A stretch of 63,632 nucleotides of DNA, counting the filler, from Trichomonas gallinae (taxonomy: Eukaryota): the NCBI GenBank assembly GCA_008369845.1. It is 9 parts of 9 records of this genome, joined end to end, with 100 filler letters (N's around TTAATTAATTAA, not from the genome) between each part and the next. Parts side by side here need not be neighbours in the genome. Positions count along the whole stretch, not along the records: positions 10,882 to 27,940 come from MRSU01001050.1; positions 28,041 to 41,559 come from MRSU01001052.1; 7 more parts are not named here. One strand, given 5' to 3'. A program made the translations under genes and the position numbers. How positions within the stretch are numbered: the first letter of the stretch is position 1; each line of letters opens with the position of its first letter. Under the pieces are notes generated by a model. The model was not told where the DNA came from and ran no database searches. It saw only the letters and a program-made list of their open reading frames with translations. Positions 22,380 to 33,205 of this stretch are shown here, piece by piece.

Positions 22380-23423
22380 TTACTTGCCAATCTCCTGAGC
22401 GATTTCACCCCAAACCTTGATCATCTGGTTCCAGAAAGCGTCATGGCCGCCCTCCTTGAGTTTAAGGCAGACTGTTGCGTTGTCCTCCTTGTTTCCTTTA
22501 GATGGATCCTTCTTCTTGAGGAGCAAATCAGTGCAGCAGCATCCGTATGTGAATTGTCCCTTTGTTTCAATATCAACGTGGCAGCGGACGTGTTCGAACC
22601 ACTCTGGAGCGATGAGGTGGAATGCAGCAACTGGATCATGAAGTGGTGGATCTGCGAAGCCGAAAACGTCGCGATATGTATCCTTGAAGAAGAAAAGAAG
22701 CTTGATGATCATATCTGTAAACATTGGAGAGTACTTCTCTGTAGCTGCTTTGATGTCGTTGATAACTTTCTCTGTAACTAAGACTGTGTGTGTGATATCA
22801 AGTGGAGCAGCGAAAATGTAGTCAACACCAGCTTCCAAGATGTTGGATGTGGCCTCTGGGTCGATGAGAACATTGAATTCGGCGAATGGTGTGATATTTC
22901 CGACGATCATGAAGTTTCCTGCCATTGTTGTCATTCTGATCTTCTTTGCATCTTGTGGGTAAGCAAGGAGGTACTGAGCGATGTTTGTTTGTGAACCTGT
23001 TGTGACAACATCGAATTTGTCTTCAGCTTCTGAGATTAATCTGTGTAAGTGCTTGAAGAAGTCGTCTGGGCGGAGTTCAGACTCGTCCTTGTATCCAAGA
23101 AGGTCCAAAGCTGGGTTCCTTGGCATTGTTTTGTCAATTTCTGACCAATCAACGCCTCCAAGACCGGATTCTCCGTGAATCTCTGGGCAAGCGACTGAAG
23201 CGCGGATTAATGGTTTAGAGTAGCCTCTGTAGACTGGGATTTTGTCTGCGCGCTTGATCAAATTCAATGTTCTGCGTGCGTTTTGGTATGTCTTGTTGAC
23301 TGTCTGGTTTCCATGTGTTGTTGAGATGTACTGGACGTCGAGCTTCGGGCTGTAGACAGCGAGCATGATCATTGCGAGGTCGTCGTGGCCTGGGTCGCAG
23401 TCGAGAACGCACTTAATTGTCAT
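22380..23423 (-). CDS. Inosine/uridine-preferring nucleoside (riboside) hydrolase
   Basis: DCDPGHDD Ca-binding motif, HGNQT, EIHGESGL, GNITPFAEFN, PLDIT, PPLHDP; ATG 23423 gives 347 aa; strong codon bias. Confidence 0.95.
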   Translation of the reverse strand: MTIKCVLDCDPGHDDLAMIMLAVYSPKLDVQYISTTHGNQTVNKTYQNARRTLNLIKRADKIPVYRGYSKPLIRASVACPEIHGESGLGGVDWSEIDKTMPRNPALDLLGYKDESELRPDDFFKHLHRLISEAEDKFDVVTTGSQTNIAQYLLAYPQDAKKIRMTTMAGNFMIVGNITPFAEFNVLIDPEATSNILEAGVDYIFAAPLDITHTVLVTEKVINDIKAATEKYSPMFTDMIIKLLFFFKDTYRDVFGFADPPLHDPVAAFHLIAPEWFEHVRCHVDIETKGQFTYGCCCTDLLLKKKDPSKGNKEDNATVCLKLKEGGHDAFWNQMIKVWGEIAQEIGK

Positions 23424-24091
23424 TGATAATTCTATCGTCTTATCATCCCTCAAAATAATTGTGAAGGATTCAATGGTTTACATTATGTCGTGTAAAATAT
23501 TTATGTCAAATTACGGAGCTGATTCTATCGTCGTCATTGTCATGTAAATTGTTTATTTGTCATATTTCTTTTAATAAATTTCGAAATCTAATGATAATTA
23601 TTATAGATGAATAACTTTTTCTGTATCCATTTTACCAAAATACTATTTTTCCATCTAAAAATACTTGTCACTAATTCTCTAAACCATTATTTTCTAACTA
23701 ATAAAATTAATATTTGTCATGTAAATTATTTATTTGACATTATGATGATGAAAAATGAGCGTTCATAATTTGAAGGCTCTAAATAATGAAATAATGCAAA
23801 AAAGTGGCAGAAAGAATGATATTCTTAATTAAACCTTAGCTTACCTATAAAATTATTTCCAAAAAAATAATTACAACAAAATTTAATTGCTATCTCGGGA
23901 ATCGAATGTATTTATCTAGAGTAATATTATGTGTAAATATTTTGTGTATTTTTCGATTATATTTTTTCTTCGAAAAAAATATCTTATAATATAGAGTTTG
24001 CTTGGCTGATATCAAATGGAATGTAAGCTAATAATGATGAATATTGATAATAAACAGAACAATATTTATGACAAACATGATTAATAACAAA

Positions 24092-25537
24092 TTACTTACT
24101 TTTTCTATCCTCAGAACGCTCTCGCTTATGTCTTTCGTCTCCTTCTATCCAGGCCTTGTTCCAAATCGCAACTTTTGTATTCCTCATAGGTAACGCGTAT
24201 ATGTAAGGCGAAATCAGCCAATAAAAATATATACACATAACAATTGAAACGACAATAATGATTCCTTTCTCCCTGGGCTTGAAGTATATGTCTAGACAGG
24301 CTCCATATGATACTAAAGCGAGCATCAAAGGGATGCAGTAATGATATAAATACAAAACTCTCGGAATAAGAAAGAAAGGAAAGAAAGAGGCTGAATATCC
24401 AACAACAACTGTTATCGCTGCCCACTTCTGAGGTCTCTTGTAAGCAAAGCCGCACATAATCACGCCTATGAACCCAAGGTAGTAAGATATCGCGTTCCCG
24501 AGGCATCTTATCTCCCTTGCATCCTTCGAGTAAAAGAAGACTCCAATTCCTGTCAAAAGGGGCCAGTTGTATGGATAACTCTGTGACTCATGGAAGGCGC
24601 CGAGCTTCATGTTTCCTTCGTGAGTCCTGTAGATGTATTTAATGGTTCTGAGGAGAAGATTGGGCGGATCTAATCTTGGACGTAAAAGAGAGCTATTTCC
24701 GTATTGCACGAAATGCTTCCTCAAATCATATGCGAGATATGGTGTTCCGGGCCCTTCAAATGGGAGAGCGAGAAAATGAAGAATATATGTTCCCCAAAAT
24801 ACGACAAAATTGATCAAGAATAACGTAGCACCATAGAATATAACCTTGTAGTAATAATTTTCGAATGAAATGTATGTCTCTGGCCATAAAAGGCGGAGAT
24901 AAACGCATGCATCTAAAACCATGAGTCCCCAGGCTGTATTTTTAATTGCGCAGGCCATGCCTAGCGAAATTCCCGTAATTATATGCCATATGTGGAAATT
25001 GTAGTTGCGATTTTTGAGTGTCGACAAATAAAATAAAATTGTAACATGGAGAATTGAGAAAAAATGTAAAATTCCGTCTGTAAGTATATGTCTACCTTCA
25101 CATATCAAAGTTGTCTCGAATGCAGCAAGCATTCCTGCACTAAAAGCGCTTGATTTCGAAAAACTTAAAAATCTTACGCATAAGTATATCAAAGGACTAA
25201 CGAAAGATGAAAGAATAGCTGGTGTTAATCGTAACATGACGTATTCTGGCGTTGGAAATGGATGATCTCCGTGGAAAATTAGATGACCTGGGTATTCTCC
25301 GGTTTCTGCGACTTTATACATAAGCAATTTCGCAAAAGGTGGATGTATATCTTGATAAAACGTGTGATTTAAGTAATAATTTGTGAAATTTCCGAAATAT
25401 GTTTCATCAAAAACTGTTATTCCTGGATGATGAATCGATCTGACCCTCACACATATCGAACAAATCGTAATGATGAGGATACATATCGCGTCATTTAATT
25501 CTAGATGGATGTTTGAGTTGCTTTTCTCACTACCCAT
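24092..25537 (-). CDS. GT39 dolichyl-phosphate-sugar:protein O-glycosyltransferase (PMT family), lacking MIR domain
   Basis: VFDETYFGNF..YY, DIHPPFAKL, GRHILTD, HESQSYPYNWP, GN and RVLYLYHY motifs; multiple TM helices; ATG at 25537. Confidence 0.92.
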   Translation of the reverse strand: MGSEKSNSNIHLELNDAICILIITICSICVRVRSIHHPGITVFDETYFGNFTNYYLNHTFYQDIHPPFAKLLMYKVAETGEYPGHLIFHGDHPFPTPEYVMLRLTPAILSSFVSPLIYLCVRFLSFSKSSAFSAGMLAAFETTLICEGRHILTDGILHFFSILHVTILFYLSTLKNRNYNFHIWHIITGISLGMACAIKNTAWGLMVLDACVYLRLLWPETYISFENYYYKVIFYGATLFLINFVVFWGTYILHFLALPFEGPGTPYLAYDLRKHFVQYGNSSLLRPRLDPPNLLLRTIKYIYRTHEGNMKLGAFHESQSYPYNWPLLTGIGVFFYSKDAREIRCLGNAISYYLGFIGVIMCGFAYKRPQKWAAITVVVGYSASFFPFFLIPRVLYLYHYCIPLMLALVSYGACLDIYFKPREKGIIIVVSIVMCIYFYWLISPYIYALPMRNTKVAIWNKAWIEGDERHKRERSEDRKSK

Positions 25538-26035
25538 TCTAGAAAAATAAAAAATATTTAGCAAAATTGTCTAAAATTATTTGATTTTTTGGATTTTTCA
25601 ATGTTTTGTGAATTTTTAAAATCCGAGATTTGCTTTTATATTAGGAGTTATTTACACATCTTCAAAAGAAAAAGAGTTTTGCTGCAATAAAATTATAAAT
25701 AATTCCAAATAAAAACTTGGAAGAGAAGTAAGTAAAGTAAAACTAACATTTATATAAAAATAAACAAGTTGACATTATCGGAATACAAATAACATTAAAG
25801 AAACTGGAATTTCAATCTAAATTTTGGAAATGGTTTGATTTTTTGTAATTGGGAGTAGGAAATATCTAATAGTAAGCATTAATACTTTCTAATTCGTGAT
25901 ATTAAATTAATGAATTCAACGAAAATTTCAAAAAAAATTCAATATTTCAGGATTGAATTGTTAATATTAAAATCTTGTAGATGTGATTAAATGTAGTTGT
26001 TTCGAATTAGAAATGACTCGTTTTGTTGAAAATAA

Positions 26036-26509
26036 TTATTTTTGTTCGATTGTCCAGTTATTAACGTTGAATGTCTTGTATTCAGTTTTGGTTTGATAAG
26101 TCCATTTATAATCTATATATTTCCATCCTCTGCTTTCTAGTTCTTTCGCTGCAAGAACTTGGATGTTGTCTTTCACCTGGCAGTAGAATATAAAGAATAG
26201 TGTGTAATCAGGAAGGGTCTGCAATCTAGAGTCAGCTGGACCGATACTTGATAAATCAAGCCATGGCTTCGGAAAGTTGGCATTTGTCCAGTAATCAAAT
26301 GGTATTTCAGCGAAAATAGTTCTCATCTTTTCATAACTAGGTCCATCAGATGGAATTCCTAGAACGGAAGGCTCAATACCAATTTGAGCGATCTTTTCAC
26401 GCGGATTCATATCATTAACACTGGCTATAAATTTTCTAAGATAGTTTGGCGAATCGTCTTCGCTTTCCGTAAATTCGTTGGCTGATGAATTATCGAAATT
26501 AGTCAGCAT
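26036..26509 (-). CDS. NOT2: CCR4-NOT subunit with NOT2/3/5 box (NOT2-like)
   Basis: LPDYTLFFIFY...D..Q.LAAKELESRGWKY and FNVNNW motifs; ATG at 26509. Confidence 0.8.
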   Translation of the reverse strand: MLTNFDNSSANEFTESEDDSPNYLRKFIASVNDMNPREKIAQIGIEPSVLGIPSDGPSYEKMRTIFAEIPFDYWTNANFPKPWLDLSSIGPADSRLQTLPDYTLFFIFYCQVKDNIQVLAAKELESRGWKYIDYKWTYQTKTEYKTFNVNNWTIEQK

Positions 26510-26532
26510 CAAAAAAATGTCGGATATTTATT

Positions 26533-26644
26533 ATTTGACAAATAAACCATTATTTTGACACATAAACAATAATTTGACAAATAAAAATAACATTGACATG
26601 TAAATTAATATTTTGACAAATAAAACACATGTTTGACACGTAAA
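26533..26644 (+). promoter_or_regulatory. Six-copy array of TTGACAN(A/G)TAAA with 19-20 bp period upstream of NOT2
   Basis: TGACA cores at 26536, 26556, 26575, 26594, 26614 and 26634. Confidence 0.7.
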
Positions 26645-26777
26645 TATTTTTACAAAATTTTAAAATAATGATAACAAATAGGATTTATAAAGTACAAGTG
26701 AACAGAATAAACACAGCAACATAAACATAATGACAAAAAACTAATATTTGAAAAATAAAAAATTACAGAATAATGAA

Positions 26778-27686
26778 TTACGAATTCATTGCTGTAGACT
26801 TTGGCTTTGTAAATATGGTGACAAGAGAAGCAAGTTCCATGATTGCTCCCGTAACAATGTAAATAATTCCCAAGTACTTTGACGATGGTGGGAAGTTACC
26901 CTTTGTAGTAAGTATAATAGACTTTCTGCCTTTGAATATGCTTGTATTGAAGTTATTCATTATCGAAATCGTGACATTTCCTGCTTCGAGATATCCCTCG
27001 CCTTGCGCGATACCATATATTCTTCTGAAGTTTGGAAATGCAGCCGTATCCATCCAGAGTGAAAAACGATTTAATGTGTTGCTATTTGGCCATGATGGCG
27101 TATCCTCGAGCCATTTATGGCCTTTGTATAACGAATTTAATGATCTAACTTTGATTCCTGTCTCTTGAACGTCTGTTAATTCTAATGTTTTGAATTCTTT
27201 TACGTCAAATGTATCATTAAAGAATGTAATTGCGTGTAAACCACATGGTAAAATCCAATTATTTGGTGATGGATCATCATTAACTGATCTATATGGATAA
27301 CATGATTTCATGTCATCAAAACGAACGTATTTACCCATTAACTGGTCATCAGATCGTGAACTAACAGATTTCCAGTGATTTTGATAGAAGTTTGTAAGCT
27401 CGTAAAGCACAGCAATCGGATAAGCCATTCTTTGAGGGATTTGTAGAACGAATTCGCATACATTTCCTATTTCACATATGTTACTATAATCCTTGGAAAC
27501 CTCATATGCTGATTCTTTTGCGAAAATAAGGACTGCTCCAATAACTAAGCAAATTAATCCAATTGGTGTGAAAACAACAATATATAAATTAGGGCTCAGC
27601 ACCAGACGCTTCATTGGTAGCCTTTGGTCAATGAAAGCGTGAGCGTTGCCGCCCTGTTCCATCAATGGATCTTCCAATTGCTCCAT
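26778..27686 (-). CDS. CDC50: CDC50/LEM3 family P4-ATPase beta subunit
   Basis: AFIDQRLP, YELTNFYQNH, SRSDDQL.G, PCGL.A..FFNDTF, WMDTAAFPNFRR, two TM helices; TCATA Inr before ATG 27686. Confidence 0.93.
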   Translation of the reverse strand: MEQLEDPLMEQGGNAHAFIDQRLPMKRLVLSPNLYIVVFTPIGLICLVIGAVLIFAKESAYEVSKDYSNICEIGNVCEFVLQIPQRMAYPIAVLYELTNFYQNHWKSVSSRSDDQLMGKYVRFDDMKSCYPYRSVNDDPSPNNWILPCGLHAITFFNDTFDVKEFKTLELTDVQETGIKVRSLNSLYKGHKWLEDTPSWPNSNTLNRFSLWMDTAAFPNFRRIYGIAQGEGYLEAGNVTISIMNNFNTSIFKGRKSIILTTKGNFPPSSKYLGIIYIVTGAIMELASLVTIFTKPKSTAMNS

Positions 27687-27940
27687 TGGAAAAAAAATAT
27701 GAAATCTAACTTTACAAAAATCATCCAATCCATAAAACAAAATAAAATCCAATTTCAAATCTGAAATCGAAATGAACTTCCAAAAATTTTTCAAAAACCA
27801 ATTTTGAAGTTAAATTTAGATATATCATATCCAACTGTTCTTATTTTTCATGTTAAAATCAGAGGTGTAGAAACGACGATAGAAATGACGTTAAAATCTT
27901 ATCGGTCCTACAAATGAAGCCTTTTTGGTTTATAAAAATG

Positions 27941-28040
27941 NNNNNNNNNNNNNNNNNNNNNNNNNNNNNNNNNNNNNNNNNNNNTTAATTAATTAANNNN
28001 NNNNNNNNNNNNNNNNNNNNNNNNNNNNNNNNNNNNNNNN
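27941..28040. other. Scaffolding gap with stop linker
   Basis: 44 N + TTAATTAATTAA + 44 N. Confidence 0.98.
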
Positions 28041-28387
28041 CATATTCCCCTATGCCATATGTATCCAACAGGCATGGTTTCGAGTCGATCTGAAAAGGCG
28101 GAGGGAGTTCCCCCCCTTTTGATCAAACCTTATATTTTTCTCCAGAGGACAGAAAATTTCCATTAAAGGATTTTGAAACTCGGAATTTTTCCATCAAATT
28201 CAAAAACTTTAAGTAGTAAAGTTTAGAACTTAACAATGTGCTTGCTTTGGTATGCGTTATATGTTTGCCGAATAAAATTGGTTGATTAGCAAAAACACAA
28301 CATTTTATTATAAAAATCATCGGCTTATTTTGGATAAAATATATCAATAATTGGAAGCCGATAAATAAAATCATATATTAATTAGTA

Positions 28388-31300
28388 TTATTTGTTAATC
28401 TTCAAAGTTTGAGAAACTAATTGAGCTCTTCTCTTAACAGGGAAGTCAGGAGCACCTGGGAATACAATAAATAGCCTGTCATTGAGCGACATTGTCTTCC
28501 ACAGTTCCATGTTGTCTTCAACTGTAATCAGTCCGTAATCATTTTGCGTCTTAATTTTGAAGGCCAATGTTTGGAATGTTTCTTCTGGTATTTTCGTGTA
28601 TTCTTGTAACCTCATCTTAGTTTCTTCGAATGTTTCCTTCTGTTTGACTAAGAAGAAGAATGGATCGTTGAAATAATCCTTTGTATCCGGTCCAAGTGAA
28701 GAAACTCTGATGAAAACACTTTGCTCGATATTCATTTGATCATCAGGAACAATTTCCAATCTCAAAGGATTAACCAAATCCCTCAAGTTGTCTTTGAGTT
28801 TGTAGAGTTTCATGATCTTGTTGTTCCTCATATTGCAAACGCGGATCTGTTTGCCGTCGGGAACTTTTCTGACGGTTTTATTATGCTCGATGAAATTTGA
28901 AATCGTCGCGTCGTAATTATGCAACTGTATTGTTGGCTCCGAAACTCTTACAGCGTCTTCCGAGAAATATGTAACTATCCTGAGATTGCGCTCCATCCTT
29001 GGACATTCGTCTTTGTCGATGACAACAATGCTGACTCTGTTAACTGCTGGTGAATACTTGAAGACGAATAATTTCGCGAGAGATGATGACGACTCTTGAA
29101 CTGGTTTAATATCATCGTCTCTGTAAATGAAGCAGTAGTGCTCATCTTCATCGTAGTCTATCTCGCAGATGTGGCACAAGAAAGCTTTGAGTTGCGACAA
29201 AGAAATCGAAGAAGGAACAACGCAATTCGCCAAAACTTTTTCTGTGAGATTCTCGACAACCTGGAATTTTAATGTTTGCGACAATTCCTGGAAAGCTTTG
29301 TCTGGTGTGTCCGGCATCTCCTTTGGGAATATCTGGTAGTAATGGAAGATGTTTTCGCTCTCATCATCAGGAATGGAAACTGGTAAACCGTCGGGGAAAG
29401 TTATCGAATTTTTGTCGTCGGGCATCAAGAATATATATGAAAAGTCTTTGAGTTTCTGTGACTTGAAGGAGACCTGCATGTCTAGCTTCATGTACTGGTT
29501 CTTCTCCAGTCTGTATCCGTAGATTGACGGTTGCGTCTTGAAGATGATTTCGTGTATTTCGCAGAACCTTTGTATGGCTTGGCAAAGCTTTTCTTTCTGA
29601 TTCAGCGGCATTATATGACAGATGTACTTAAATGGCTGCTTTGGTGATGATTTGTCGTACAATACGAGGAAATACATGTGCATGGACTTCGTTGGGGCCA
29701 TGTGCATCTTGTGTGCGAAGATCCGAGATGTCGGCATCACTTGTATTGGTGCTTCGTTGTTTTGGAGCACACCAACAATAGAGTCGATGGCTAAATGTCT
29801 GATTACGACGTTCTTTACGTCGAATTGTAAAACGCTTGCTGCTGCACAAAACAAATCTCCGACCATATCTGTAGTTTGAAGCGTTAATGGGTGTGGATGA
29901 TATTTCTTGGCGCTAAACGGATTAACATATTCAACAACTGAGTGCGCAATGAAGTCTTCTGTGAATAATGAAAATTTAACTGTTGTTTCTAAGAGTCTTC
30001 TTTCTTCTTCCTGTCTTCTAAACTCTCTCACAACCTCAATAATGTTGTCTGGAATGGAATGTGAAGTCGTTGGAGCGAAAATTCTTTCTAATTCTGTTGT
30101 TCTAATATATACGAGCATGTAAGCGCTGTATGTCTTTGGCTTTCCGTAGAAAGGTCCATCATTGATTGTTCCTGTGCCACCATAATTTGTTTGAACAGCT
30201 TTTTCTTCTGTCGCTGTTCTAACTGAGCTATCGTTGAATAAATACCACTGAGTATCATTCTTTGTCTTAAGGTAAGAATAGTAGTGGCCACCAATTGGAT
30301 TTCCTGAATGTACAATTACACCAGTTAAAGTAAACTCTGTGGATTCATCGGAAGAGCCGTCCATGAAGTCCTTCATGTCGATTTCTGTCTCGAATTGGTA
30401 TCTTGAGTTGATTTTCACCATGTTTTGCGATGTTGGATCATATTCGAATCTTTGAAGATGCAAAACTAAGACATCAGGAAGGTGCGAAAACAATGTCCTA
30501 AACAATGCCTTTTGTTTTCCGTATTGTTCTGTTTTGTATTCGTCTATTTTTTGCGGTGAAATAAAATGTTGGAACGAGGAGTAAATATCATTGCATCCCT
30601 TAACGAGTAATTGTAAGTCCTCGAAGTTTTCAGAGTTCACTATCGATTTTGAGACTTTTGGCAGATTAATTTCGTGAATTTGAGTTCCGGTGAACATTTT
30701 CTCGATTTCTGATGCTTCTGATGTATCCTTCAGCTTCTCCTTGATGGCTTCCATCAACACACGACTGAATTCTTCGATATCATGTTGTACATTTGTCTCT
30801 GCTTCATTCCATCCGAAAGATCTCGTCAAATCTTCTGTAGAAACAGCATCAGGGCTCATTTCCATCAAAGCGAAGAGCTTCTGTAAGTTAAACACGATAG
30901 ATTCGCCTTTGGTATCCGCAGAAGTATTAATCGAGTAAATTAGCTTTCTAAAATACGGAATGTGATATAAAACTTGTAAGAAACTGTTCATATAGCATGT
31001 GGCGCCCAAGTTTAGCAGGCCACAATAAGGCGCAGCTATTCCGTCATCGCCCATCAAGATCTGATTTTCCAAAAACAAGTTCATTCTCTGTTGTTTCTGT
31101 AGCTTACTGTCTTGTGCACGTGACGAAATACTCGCTGAAGTAGCTGAAAATTTCTCCATCTCACTCACTTCGAAATCTCCATCTGAGTCTTCATGCTTTG
31201 ATTTTCTTTTCCTTTCTTTCTGCTCTTTTGCTTGTATCTTGATTCCTTTCTTCAGTCTATATATTTTTATGACGATGCAAAGCATCCCTTCAACTGCCCA

Positions 31301-31672
31301 TCCATCATCTATAACATCGAATGGTCCGATAGGCAAATCAACGGTGTCTGTGGGATGAGCGCCACTCAATACCGTATCCACATGTTTTTTTGCAATCTCA
31401 TTCGTAAAGTTATTAGTCACAGAAGCGAATAACCGAAACGTTTGAGGCGCTTTGGCGCGTTCTAGAGTGAATTTCACTGGTATGCATCGAGGATTCGTTG
31501 ATTTTATGCAAATAGTAAACGTATTTGACTTAGGAGAATGATATGTGAATTTTGATTTTTCCTTAGGATCAGACCAATCGACTAATATGCATTCGTCTAA
31601 TTCCAGCTCTGTACCATCATCGCTTTTTTGAGCTTCGTGATCGATATAGTCATAATCAGATGAATGAGACAT
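28388..31672 (-). CDS. Ubiquitin-specific protease, USP7/Ubp15-like (C19)
   Basis: Cys box GLLNLGATCYMNSFLQ, QHDIEEF, LHLQRFEYD, His box VHSG...GGHYYSY, FND, SAYMLVY; degenerate N-terminal MATH region; USP7-like C-terminal UBL region (PFFFLVK..ETF..TK.RL). Confidence 0.92.
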   Translation of the reverse strand: MSHSSDYDYIDHEAQKSDDGTELELDECILVDWSDPKEKSKFTYHSPKSNTFTICIKSTNPRCIPVKFTLERAKAPQTFRLFASVTNNFTNEIAKKHVDTVLSGAHPTDTVDLPIGPFDVIDDGWAVEGMLCIVIKIYRLKKGIKIQAKEQKERKRKSKHEDSDGDFEVSEMEKFSATSASISSRAQDSKLQKQQRMNLFLENQILMGDDGIAAPYCGLLNLGATCYMNSFLQVLYHIPYFRKLIYSINTSADTKGESIVFNLQKLFALMEMSPDAVSTEDLTRSFGWNEAETNVQHDIEEFSRVLMEAIKEKLKDTSEASEIEKMFTGTQIHEINLPKVSKSIVNSENFEDLQLLVKGCNDIYSSFQHFISPQKIDEYKTEQYGKQKALFRTLFSHLPDVLVLHLQRFEYDPTSQNMVKINSRYQFETEIDMKDFMDGSSDESTEFTLTGVIVHSGNPIGGHYYSYLKTKNDTQWYLFNDSSVRTATEEKAVQTNYGGTGTINDGPFYGKPKTYSAYMLVYIRTTELERIFAPTTSHSIPDNIIEVVREFRRQEEERRLLETTVKFSLFTEDFIAHSVVEYVNPFSAKKYHPHPLTLQTTDMVGDLFCAAASVLQFDVKNVVIRHLAIDSIVGVLQNNEAPIQVMPTSRIFAHKMHMAPTKSMHMYFLVLYDKSSPKQPFKYICHIMPLNQKEKLCQAIQRFCEIHEIIFKTQPSIYGYRLEKNQYMKLDMQVSFKSQKLKDFSYIFLMPDDKNSITFPDGLPVSIPDDESENIFHYYQIFPKEMPDTPDKAFQELSQTLKFQVVENLTEKVLANCVVPSSISLSQLKAFLCHICEIDYDEDEHYCFIYRDDDIKPVQESSSSLAKLFVFKYSPAVNRVSIVVIDKDECPRMERNLRIVTYFSEDAVRVSEPTIQLHNYDATISNFIEHNKTVRKVPDGKQIRVCNMRNNKIMKLYKLKDNLRDLVNPLRLEIVPDDQMNIEQSVFIRVSSLGPDTKDYFNDPFFFLVKQKETFEETKMRLQEYTKIPEETFQTLAFKIKTQNDYGLITVEDNMELWKTMSLNDRLFIVFPGAPDFPVKRRAQLVSQTLKINK

Positions 31673-32635
31673 TAATTTTCTAAAATGAAAATGAAGAAAA
31701 AATATAAAACATCAAGTGGAACAGTCATTTACAGGAGTATCTCATTATTATTGCTTCAAAACTATAAGATATGATTTGTTTCACATTTTTGTGAATTTCA
31801 AATTTTGATGTTGTCCAAAATAACCCTGGTATGTACTATTATAGGAGTCAAACATCATTATTTACTAGTTAAAAATGGTCTAAAACCATTTTTTATAATT
31901 CCTGATAAATATTTTAAAAATTAAGCAAATAAATTCGTATTTATTAACATCACAGCATGCTTTATTTGATCCTAAAGTTATCTAGACAAAATTGGAAATA
32001 TCTTAGAAAAAAGATAGGAAAATGCAGGTTATGCGCTTGTAAACTGATATAACTTTACCTAATTATATCAAATCAATTCTCAAATTGAGCAAAAAAAAGA
32101 ACTTTTCAATTTGAAATTAAAACATGAAATTTGAACTATTTTGGGTTTGTTTTTGTGTTATCAACCTACATGTGAATGGGTCTAAAAGCATATAATGGAA
32201 TAAAACCAAAAAGATATTCTTTTCAAAGTTGAAAGTCAATTTTTAGAGAAAAAGAACACTGTAACATGATTATGCACACAAAACTAAGGAGCTTTTTGGC
32301 TGTGAATTTAATTTATCAAACGTTCCCAAAGATAACGGAAGATTTCAGGATGTAACGAGAAAATGATTGACAAAGATTTAGCATATTTGATGGATGTTTT
32401 GATATAATGACTACGAAAGAAGAAGATTTAAGAGCTTTTTCGGAATAAATTTACTCGACCACTTCAAAAAAAATGAATGTTCAAGAATCATTTTTCACCC
32501 GGCACATTGGCTTTCATAGGAAAAACAGTCAAGAGTTCTCGTTTGAAACAGCTTCATAAAGTGTTTATTCAAAATAATTTTTCTCAAAAAGTCGGTAAAT
32601 TAAAAAACTTTCAAGCAGTTTAAATGTTTATCGTA

Positions 32636-33205
32636 TTAAATAATTAAGCAGCAGCCATGGCTATCATCATTGATGATATGATTAATTGCCTTATCAAACG
32701 CCTCTTTAACACCTTCGTTCTGTAAAGCAGAGCACTCACAATAACCTATAGCACCAATTTCTTTACATTTGTCTTGGGCTTGTTGTTGTGTAATTGGAGA
32801 TTTGCCTTCGGCCTCGAGGTTACGAAGGGTCTGTTCATCATTTCTGAGATCTGTCTTTGTGCCAATAAGAAGGATTGTCGGGTTTTTAACATAACGCTTT
32901 ATCTCTGGAAGCCATACTGTGGTGAGGTTGTCGAATGTAGTAGGTGTAGTAACAGAAAAGCAAAGTAAGAAAACGCTTGTGTTTTGATATGAAAGTGTAC
33001 GAATGCTTTCTAATTCTTCCTGTCCTGCTGTATCCCAAAGCTGAACAGGATATAATTGATCATCGATCTTAACTTTGGCTGTGTAATTATCGAATACAGT
33101 CGGTACATATTCTGATGGGAATTCTCCCTTAGCATAGACGACTAAGAGACATGTCTTGCCGACGGCGCCATCGCCGACGACGACGAGTTTCATGTTGTTC
33201 GACAT
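32636..33205 (-). CDS. RAC: Rac/Rho-family small GTPase
   Basis: GDGAVGKT, YVPTVFDNY, WDTAGQE, GTKTD, ECSA, Rho insert, C-terminal CCLII prenylation motif. Confidence 0.95.
   Translation of the reverse strand: MSNNMKLVVVGDGAVGKTCLLVVYAKGEFPSEYVPTVFDNYTAKVKIDDQLYPVQLWDTAGQEELESIRTLSYQNTSVFLLCFSVTTPTTFDNLTTVWLPEIKRYVKNPTILLIGTKTDLRNDEQTLRNLEAEGKSPITQQQAQDKCKEIGAIGYCECSALQNEGVKEAFDKAINHIINDDSHGCCLII

Noticed and set aside
26533..26644. Repeat-spacer pattern as a CRISPR array
   Set aside because: 12-nt boxes with 7-8-nt spacers, eukaryotic context and no cas genes.
32230..32580. Coding-like composition downstream of Rac
   Set aside because: Frequent stops and no recognisable motif; at most a decayed fragment, not supportable as a feature.
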